DNA of 64,000 bases, taken from assembly GCF_009914755.1 (NCBI RefSeq), contig NC_060933.1, one strand, 5' to 3'. The notes beneath the pieces were generated by a model. The model was not told the origin of the DNA. It made no database searches and saw only the letters and a list, made by a program, of their open reading frames with translations. Every line of letters starts with the position of its first letter. Positions within the stretch are counted from its first letter, which is position 1. Positions 61,560 through 64,000 of this stretch are shown one piece after another. The position numbers and the translations under genes were made by a program. Source of the stretch: the human T2T-CHM13v2.0 reference genome, Homo sapiens.

Positions 61560-62791
61560 CAGCACTTACATGATGTAGGATCAGGTAGTTAGGGAAGGAA
61601 GATGCCAAACCATCAGAAAAGCCCTCTGGAAGGAGCTGTCGCCGGGGCTGAGTCTGGAGTTTGTTCAGGGAAGAGAAAGACAAGGGAGGGGAGGAAGAAT
61701 GCCATACGCAAAGACTGGATGATGACAAATGCTGAGCACTGGCTCGTTTGAAGTAAAAGACACATATTTGGGAGCAGAGAGAGGTCTTAGATAATATAGG
61801 GCCAAGCAATAGAGGAATTGATGCGCAGGCAACGGGAAGTCATCCTGAGTTCCTGATTGGGAAAGACTGTTTATTAAAGATCATAATTCTGAAAGTGACG
61901 TGAAGGGTAGCCTTGGAGAAGGAGAAAGGGTTGTTAGAAGGACCAGGAAGGACACAGTTGTGAGAATACAGGTTTCGGGTGATGAGGATCTGGACTAGAG
62001 CAGAGCCTTGGATGGTAAACGACTGGGAAGCCAGTTAGGGTCATGGGAGGGAAAGAGAGGAGCAGAGGAGTGGGTCGTAGAAATAGCAGAAGTGGAAAAA
62101 CTGGGAAAGTTTTGGTTGGCGATATCTTGATTTCTCCGTGAGGGGGACATCTAAATGGTGATGTTTTGTCTTAACAGCTTTGTTGAAGTATAATTGACCT
62201 AAAATAAACTGTAGATATGTAAAGCAGCAATCTGATAACTTTGACTTATCAATCAAGGTAGTGAAATATCCATCACCCCAAAAATTTCTTCTGCCTTTTT
62301 GTAAGCCCCCTGTCCCCAAGCAATCACTGATCTGTCACTGGGGTATAGATTAGTTTTATAGAACTTCATATAACTGAATTATGCAGCACTCTTTTCTGTC
62401 TTATATTCAGCATAATTACTTTGAGTTCATCCACATTGTTGCATGTATCATTTCTTTTCATTGCTCAGTTTTACTGTATAAATGGCAATATTTTGATTTT
62501 TTTTTTTTTTTTGCCGGGGGGAACGCAGTCTTGCTCTACCACCCAGGCTGGAGTGCAGTGGCACGATCTCAACCTCCACCTCCCGGGTTCAAGCAGTTCT
62601 CCTGCCTCAGCCTCCGGAGTAGCTGGGATTATAGACACGCACCACCACGCCTGGCTGATTTTTGTATTTTTAGTAGAGATGGGGTTTCACCTTGTTGGCC
62701 AGGCTGGTCTTGAACTCCTGACCTCAAGTGATCTGCCCACCTTGGCCTCCCAATATGTTGGGATTACAGGCGTGAGCCACTGTGCCTGGCC
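61560..62791 (-). mobile_element. L2 relic (about 61560-62150), L1M 3' fragment (about 62170-62495) and Alu (62497-62791)
   Basis: aacagctttgttgaagtataattgac marks the L1M end; purine-rich L2-like stretch; Alu consensus. Confidence 0.72.
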
Positions 62792-63161
62792 AATATTTTG
62801 GTCATTTGATGTCAGGAGTGGAATTCAGGGGATGTAACAGGGCATGGCCTGGGTCAGCACCCTTAGTCTGACTGAAGCTTCAAGGGTAGACAAGCTGTCT
62901 AGCCGAAAGATTCAAGGCAGGGGGTGGAGGTAGGGGTTAGTGCAGAGGCAGAAGAGACAGGTGAAGAACAACTACCATTCTCTGTGAAAGCAGATTTCAG
63001 CCATCTCGAAAGGATAGTTGGTTTTATTTTCAGAGAGCTTTTTTGAAGGTCAGCAAATTTAGAGTTTAAGAAACATGTTTTGTTTTGTTTAATAAATTAC
63101 TTTTAATTAGCATGCTTTCTATGCCGGTGTCATCCTAAAACATACTATTATGTCTTTTTAG

Positions 63162-63218
63162 GCCATGGGAGAGAAATCCTTTTCTGTTCATAATAATGGT
63201 GGGGCAGTGTCATTTCAG
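63162..63218 (+). CDS. GPR107: GPR107 exon 7, aa 189-207; gene continues beyond the window
   Basis: tctttttAG|GCC...CAG|GTATGT; AMGEKSFSVHNNGGAVSFQ; 57 nt, phase 0-0. Confidence 0.96.
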
Positions 63219-63678
63219 GTATGTATGCTCTTTGTGTAAAGCCTCCTAGAATTTCTCTCTACCATGTAAAAGGGTAATTTTTTTTTAGAGGAATTTTGAA
63301 TTTAGGAATAACAACTTAGGTATGCCCTGTATCAGTCACTTAAATGCAGTAGCTCTCCTTATAACAAGCCCACAAGGTGGATATTGTTACCCATCTACTT
63401 ATCAAATCAGAAGTCTCTGAGAGTGAATAACTTTGTGACTATCTAGTGTAGGTGACACGGTACAGTTTCCAACCCAGTCCTGCCTGGCTGTTCCCATGAC
63501 CCCTTTGCCCCAATCCCATGCTACCTCCCATTCAAAGTGTGCCAGAAGCATAGTACCCCATTCTGAAAGGACCATTGATGATGATTTACGGTGATGTTGT
63601 AATTTTAGAGATGATTTCACCTAGACTCAGAGGCTTTGAGTGACCTGCTTAGCTGTCAGAGTTATTAATTGCCCATGA

Positions 63679-64000
<322 letters not shown>

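Overview
Human (primate) genomic DNA, recognised as the FNBP1/GPR107 head-to-head locus on chromosome 9q34. The minus strand carries FNBP1 coding exon 1 (MSWGTELW, 19717-19694); intron 1 runs off the left edge of the window. The plus strand carries GPR107 coding exons 1-7 (30659-63218, residues 1-207, all GT-AG and phase-consistent); the gene continues past the right edge. Each gene starts in its own CpG island, about 11 kb apart. The window is very Alu-rich (roughly 90 copies by eye, about 40% of the sequence) and also contains MaLR/ERV LTRs, MER DNA transposons and L1/L2/MIR relics. Nearly all ORFs in the supplied track are Alu or GC-rich artefacts. I found no prokaryotic-type system (CRISPR, operon) and no convincing new protein-coding gene. 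The best leads, all untested, concern post-transcriptional control of GPR107: (i) an out-of-frame overlapping uORF; (ii) a tandem 5' splice site at exon 4 whose alternative use gives an immediate stop; (iii) a strong 5' splice site one base into exon 5 that could yield an in-frame isoform lacking the furin site; (iv) an Alu-bracketed, stop-free exon 2-6 circle. Other leads are a nearly unmutated AluYb8 insertion and signs of non-coding transcription between the two promoters. Repeat subfamily calls and repeat boundaries were made by eye and are approximate.
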